The notes below the pieces were generated by a model. That model saw nothing but the letters and a program-made list of their open reading frames with translations. It did not search any database and was not told the DNA's origin. 64,000 nucleotides of DNA from Patescibacteria group bacterium (lineage in GTDB: Bacteria; Patescibacteriota; Microgenomatia; UBA8517), in NCBI GenBank assembly GCA_026416845.1, contig JAOAEL010000002.1, positions 111,422-175,421 of the forward strand. Direction: 5' to 3'. Every line of letters begins with the position of its first letter. Position 1 is the first letter of the stretch. Of the stretch, positions 59,776 to 64,000 are shown in pieces. The position numbers and the translations under genes are program-made.

Positions 59776-60441
59776 TTATTCACTTTCTTCAGGTTCCCTG
59801 CCAGTCATTACAAGCCAAACCACCTCAACTAACTTAGGATCTATAAAAGGAGTTTGGTCATCCGGTCTTGGAACCCCTGCATCCTTAAAAAGTTCATCCA
59901 AATCTTGCAAAGCCGTTTGTAAATCTTCTTCTCTTTCACCAAACAATCTTTCAATTTCTAGTCTTGCACTTTTCCATAAGCTTTGGTTTAACCTATCAAC
60001 AAAAATACCAATCTCTTCATCAGTTTCCCCAAGCGCAATACCAAGAAGAATGACTACCAACTTCCTCAAACCTTCTGAGCGGAGATTGCCATCTTTTTCT
60101 TGAGATCTTGACTCACTGAACTCCAAATTTTTTACAAAATCTTCGATTTTCCTAAATCTTTCTTCGCTCAACACTCTTTCTCCCTCTAGCCACTGTAAAT
60201 CACTTATAATTTTATCATAAACGTCGCCAGCGTCCCCGTCGTCAACGTTATCAATAGAAACTAGTGCTCCAGAAAGCTCTAGAGCGCGTCTCATTACTTC
60301 TCTTTGGTCATCACTAAACATCAAAACAACAGGTTCATTTACAATATCTTCTAATGAAGCAAACTTACAATCAAGCTCTTTTAATCCTGGAACTTTTTCC
60401 GTTAAAGGGACCTGACCAGGCTGTTGTTCATAATTTGGCAT
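59776..60441 (-). CDS. acidic hypothetical protein, last gene of the RimK cluster
   Basis: 221 aa, D/E-rich, helical, ends GREPEESE. Confidence 0.8.
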   Translation of the reverse strand: MPNYEQQPGQVPLTEKVPGLKELDCKFASLEDIVNEPVVLMFSDDQREVMRRALELSGALVSIDNVDDGDAGDVYDKIISDLQWLEGERVLSEERFRKIEDFVKNLEFSESRSQEKDGNLRSEGLRKLVVILLGIALGETDEEIGIFVDRLNQSLWKSARLEIERLFGEREEDLQTALQDLDELFKDAGVPRPDDQTPFIDPKLVEVVWLVMTGREPEESE

Positions 60442-60448
60442 AAATATT

Positions 60449-60488
60449 AACGATATTATACAACATTAAACGATATTATACAACATTA
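60449..60488. repeat. 20-bp perfect tandem duplication over the rimK stop codon
   Basis: AACGATATTATACAACATTA x2. Confidence 0.92.
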
Positions 60489-61384
60489 CTTGTATAATAC
60501 AATTTCTCAAAATACTCCACAATCGCTTTTGCCACATTAATTCCAGTTGACTCAATTCCTTCAATTTGCGGACCGGGGTTTACTTCCAAAACATAAGGCT
60601 CGCCTGTTTTTGCATGAACCATCACATCAACTCCTGCTATTTCAGTTTGCATAATTTTAGCCGCCAGTTCAGCTACCTCTTGAACCTTTTTGTTTTTGGA
60701 AAGATCAAATCTTGCCACACTGCCCCCTTGGCTTACATTGCTTCTGAAATCGCCTTTCTTGGGAGTGCGTTTGATTGCTCCAACTGCCTTGTACCCAACG
60801 CAAAACACGCGAATGTCTCCATCATTTGGTATAAATTCTCTGACAACACAAGATTTGACATTTTCTGTCAACAAGGAAACCATTTTTTCAAGCTCTATTT
60901 CATCTTTGACAAGATACACATCCTCTCCTCGATGTCCTTGGCTTGCTTTGACTATAAGTGGGAAGGTAAATTGTTTTTTTATACTCTCAACCGATCTATC
61001 AGAGAATAAAATCGCACTTTTCGGATAATTTATTTTTGCTTCTGTTTGTTTCAAATAATCAATCGCTGGAGTTTGGTAATAATTGTACGCAGGATCAATG
61101 GATTTTTTATTCACTATTATGGTTTTATAGTTTTTGTGAAGATACAAAGCCGCTGTAAACCACTCCCATAGTCTACTGCCAACAATCATATATATAAGAT
61201 CATATTCTTCAAGCTTTTTGCCACTTGAAAGCATTGGCTTGAAATTATTTTTGTCCGCCAAAATTACAAGTTCAGATGCCAAACATCCATCAACACTATG
61301 ACCCTTTTTTTCTGCTTCTTCCTTTATACGAAGGAATTGAGGCTTTTTGGTAAGACCAGCTATTAGTATTTTCATTTTTTTCAC
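60476..61384 (-). CDS. RimK/LysX-family ATP-grasp ligase
   Basis: FPLIVKASQGHRGEDV, REFI, DIRVFCVG, FRSNVSQGG, AGVDV, LEVNPGP. Confidence 0.93.
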   Translation of the reverse strand: MKKMKILIAGLTKKPQFLRIKEEAEKKGHSVDGCLASELVILADKNNFKPMLSSGKKLEEYDLIYMIVGSRLWEWFTAALYLHKNYKTIIVNKKSIDPAYNYYQTPAIDYLKQTEAKINYPKSAILFSDRSVESIKKQFTFPLIVKASQGHRGEDVYLVKDEIELEKMVSLLTENVKSCVVREFIPNDGDIRVFCVGYKAVGAIKRTPKKGDFRSNVSQGGSVARFDLSKNKKVQEVAELAAKIMQTEIAGVDVMVHAKTGEPYVLEVNPGPQIEGIESTGINVAKAIVEYFEKLYYTSNVV

Positions 61385-61389
61385 AAAAT

Positions 61390-62310
61390 CTATCTTGCGT
61401 TTGCTATTGCATATTGCAAATATTCCTTTGTTATATTTTCGCCAGTCGCCTCCTCCATACCAAGCATGCCGGGCGTATGATTGGCTTCAAGCACATACCT
61501 TCTGCCATCTTGTGTGATTAAAATATCTACCCCCCCAATTGTCAGTCCTACAGCGTCAAGGGCTTTTCTTGCGAGATCAATATCTTTTTGATCTGGAGCA
61601 AACAATTCAACTGAACCACCAAGCGAAAAGTTTGCTCTGAAATCACCTTCTTTGGGAATTCGTTTCATACAATAAACTTTTTCTCCAATCACTAAAATTC
61701 TAAGATCATGAATATAAGGAATAAATTCCTGAATCACAAATCGCTCTGCTTCCTTTTTTAATTTAAATTCCTTTTCATTCGGATCAAGACCCAAACTATC
61801 AATTAAACTTTCTCTTTCTTTTATAAACAAGTCAAGCTCTTCCTTGCTAGCTACTTTGTAAATCCCTTTACCCCTTCCTGTTTTAGTTAGCTTGATAATT
61901 GCAGGATAGCCAACATTATTCACAACTTCTTCATACATGCTAAAATAGGACACATGGTAAGTCTTGGGCATTGGTATGTTGTAAGTTGCCAACTTTATAA
62001 AATCGGTTAATTTATTAATAGAATATTTGTGATTAAGAAGATTATTGTCAAAAACTTTTACTCCCTTTGTTTTGTAATAAGAAACCAAAGCGGTAATTGC
62101 GTGAAGTAATTTGAAAATCGCACGAGTGATAATTATATCTCCCTTTCTAGGCTCGTAACCTTCAACCTTTATTTCGCCATTTACTATCGAATAATTAAAA
62201 TCTTTGAGGCTAAGCAAACAAAAATCATAACCTAAAGCCTGCGCCTCTTGCGCAATTCTTCCTTGCTCTCCCATCTCAGGGCTTGTGGTGATAACAACTA
62301 TTCTTGCCAC
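61390..62310 (-). CDS. RimK/LysX-family ATP-grasp ligase
   Basis: NKL...IPMPKT, YPAIIK..TGRGKGI, QEFIP, DLRILVIG, FRANFSLGG, GVDIL, LEANHTPG. Confidence 0.94.
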   Translation of the reverse strand: MARIVVITTSPEMGEQGRIAQEAQALGYDFCLLSLKDFNYSIVNGEIKVEGYEPRKGDIIITRAIFKLLHAITALVSYYKTKGVKVFDNNLLNHKYSINKLTDFIKLATYNIPMPKTYHVSYFSMYEEVVNNVGYPAIIKLTKTGRGKGIYKVASKEELDLFIKERESLIDSLGLDPNEKEFKLKKEAERFVIQEFIPYIHDLRILVIGEKVYCMKRIPKEGDFRANFSLGGSVELFAPDQKDIDLARKALDAVGLTIGGVDILITQDGRRYVLEANHTPGMLGMEEATGENITKEYLQYAIANAR

Positions 62311-62332
62311 AACAACGATTTTATCACAAATC

Positions 62333-63649
62333 TTATTCTTTTTTCTTATCTACATCTATCCGTGGTTTCACCAGAAAACCAGCCAAATCTTTTCTGCCAA
62401 TAATCACTTTCCTTTTAAGATTTTTGCGATCTGTAACACCAGCCATCGTGGTAATTTTTTTGCCTTTTAGCCAATATGTAAAAACAATTATAGGTCGATC
62501 TTCCTGCACTCCAAGAGCGCTTTGAACAGTTCTTTTTTTGATAATATTTTCAGGTCTGATTAAATTTAATTCTTTCGCAAGCTTAACATCTATAGAAGTT
62601 CTCCACGCGCCAGTGTCAATTTTTGCCAAGACTTTCACTTTCTTCCGCTTTGACGATTTAATGGCAATCTCTTCCAAAGCTGATATGACTTCCTTATCCT
62701 TTTTCAAAACTTTTTCTGAGAAGTATTCTGAAAAAAGCGCTTTTGCTATATTTACCCCATGTTCAGCATTTCTCACTTTTAATTCATCAACTCTATCAAG
62801 CCTGCGTTTCAGCCCCGCTTGATTGGCAAGCTGTATTGCCAAGCCAGGCATGCTATTTAATTCAAGCACCATTGGTCCTTTTTCGGGATGAATCACAATA
62901 TCCGCTCCTAAATATCCAAGTTTGCTTACTTCTTGGCATTTGACTGCTATATCCAAAATTTTGTCCCAGTAAGGAATTTTAATTCCATGAAGCTTCCTTT
63001 TAGTGCCTGGTTTAAACTTAATAGGTTGACCATACATCACAGCTTTTGTGGTAATTCCAGTTGCTATATCAATACCCACCCCTATTGCTCCCTGATGAAG
63101 ATTAGCGCGCCCACCTGAATCTTTAGTGGGAAGCCTAAGCATTGCCATAACAGGCACTTTGTTAAAAACAATTATTCTAATATCCGGTGTCCCACGATAA
63201 GCATACTTGCGAAACGCTTTGTCCCGACCAACATATTCTTGAATAAAAGCAACATCAGGAATATTCCCGTAAGAAAAAGCTCCTTCAAGAATATCCATTA
63301 CATGAAGCTGAAAATCAGAAACAATCATCCTTTTCCTCTGTGTTGTCACCCAATATACACTACCATCTTTAGTTTTCACCTTTTTTTTGATAACGATAAT
63401 GCCCTCACCTCCAAAACCTTTTGAAGGCTTTATAGCAAAAGCCCCTGGTATACTTTCCCAATCAAAAGAAAATACATCGGAGGGAGATTTAAACTTGGCA
63501 TAAATTGTTGGAGTCGGTATTTCAGCTTTTTTTAGAACTTTAGCAGTCAAAAGTTTTGACGCTGCAATACGTTTACCCTTTTTTGTGTTGTAGGGATAAG
63601 AATAAAGCTTGGTGCGAGCATTAAGTCCTAAAATAGAAGATAGTTTCAT
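62333..63649 (-). CDS. alpha-L-glutamate-ligase-like ATP-grasp protein fused to a C-terminal RimB-like retropepsin protease domain
   Basis: ILGLNAR, KPSKGFGGEGI, PDIRIIVF..PVMAMLRLPT..S.GRANLHQGAIGVGID, LELNSMPGLAIQLANQAGL; C-terminal AKIDTGAWRTSID...RP...IIGRKDL. Confidence 0.9.
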   Translation of the reverse strand: MKLSSILGLNARTKLYSYPYNTKKGKRIAASKLLTAKVLKKAEIPTPTIYAKFKSPSDVFSFDWESIPGAFAIKPSKGFGGEGIIVIKKKVKTKDGSVYWVTTQRKRMIVSDFQLHVMDILEGAFSYGNIPDVAFIQEYVGRDKAFRKYAYRGTPDIRIIVFNKVPVMAMLRLPTKDSGGRANLHQGAIGVGIDIATGITTKAVMYGQPIKFKPGTKRKLHGIKIPYWDKILDIAVKCQEVSKLGYLGADIVIHPEKGPMVLELNSMPGLAIQLANQAGLKRRLDRVDELKVRNAEHGVNIAKALFSEYFSEKVLKKDKEVISALEEIAIKSSKRKKVKVLAKIDTGAWRTSIDVKLAKELNLIRPENIIKKRTVQSALGVQEDRPIIVFTYWLKGKKITTMAGVTDRKNLKRKVIIGRKDLAGFLVKPRIDVDKKKE

Positions 63650-63655
63650 TTTACT

Positions 63656-64000
63656 TTAACTTTTTATTAATTTTCTAAACCTCCAAAGTTCAAGTAATCT
63701 AAGACCAACATACTGCCCAAGCAAAATGTTCGCGACAAATACACCAATCATCAGCACCTCCGGGTTCAAAAGTGCAAAAACTTGAATTGGTTCAAGAGTT
63801 AAAAACAAATATGAAACAAGAGCAAGCAAAAGAGTTTCTGTTGTTATTCCAACAGCGTAACGAGCGCTTTTGCCAAGCTGAGCTTTTGTAAAATCTTCAG
63901 CCAATAAAACTAATATAAGAATAGGGAAAATAGATACATTTGCAATGGCAGAAACAGAAAAATACGGGGCAAAAAACAAAAGACACAAAACGCCAAGCAC
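63656..64000 (-). CDS. 7TM-domain membrane protein (7TM_transglut-like), 3' part
   Basis: SIFPILILVLLAEDF, LLGQYVGLRLLELWRFRKLI C-terminal signature; truncated by the window edge. Confidence 0.85.
   Translation of the reverse strand: MLGVLCLLFFAPYFSVSAIANVSIFPILILVLLAEDFTKAQLGKSARYAVGITTETLLLALVSYLFLTLEPIQVFALLNPEVLMIGVFVANILLGQYVGLRLLELWRFRKLIKS

Overview
AT-rich bacterial chromosomal segment using the standard bacterial genetic code. Gene content and protein variants (short EF-Ts, no pyrH between tsf and frr, archaeal-type ProRS, internally shortened uL1 with an N-terminal extension, bL28 with an insertion, many orphan genes) suggest a Patescibacteria/CPR, Microgenomates-like organism; this is inference. 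0.2-23.6 kb is a minus-strand housekeeping run (mreB, PBP2, dprA, topA, tdk, glyA, folD, rpsB-tsf-frr, rseP, proS, HIT, yqeY, a kinase/phosphatase pair, ybeY, dnaX-ybaB-recR, cysS). 23.7-52 kb is a mixed region with def-fmt, rpmB, a probable 6S RNA, a disrupted zeta-class (CDCA-like) carbonic anhydrase, surface proteins, four tRNAs, rpmG (missed by the ORF track), orphans, rpsU, an RND pump, rnhB and sppA. 51.8-57.2 kb is secE-nusG-rplK-rplA-rplJ-rplL, interrupted by a frameshifted CYTH gene and an antisense HD-domain gene. 57.2-64 kb holds an ECF sigma factor and the most interesting locus: 7TM protein, ATP-grasp/RimB-protease fusion, two RimK ligases and an acidic Glu-terminated small protein, facing a DUF1704/MATCAP-like HExxxH peptidase. 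This looks like a candidate writer/eraser/substrate peptide-tagging (glutamylation) system. No CRISPR array, rRNA, integrase or transposase was seen. All protein family calls come from motif recognition by eye, not database searches.
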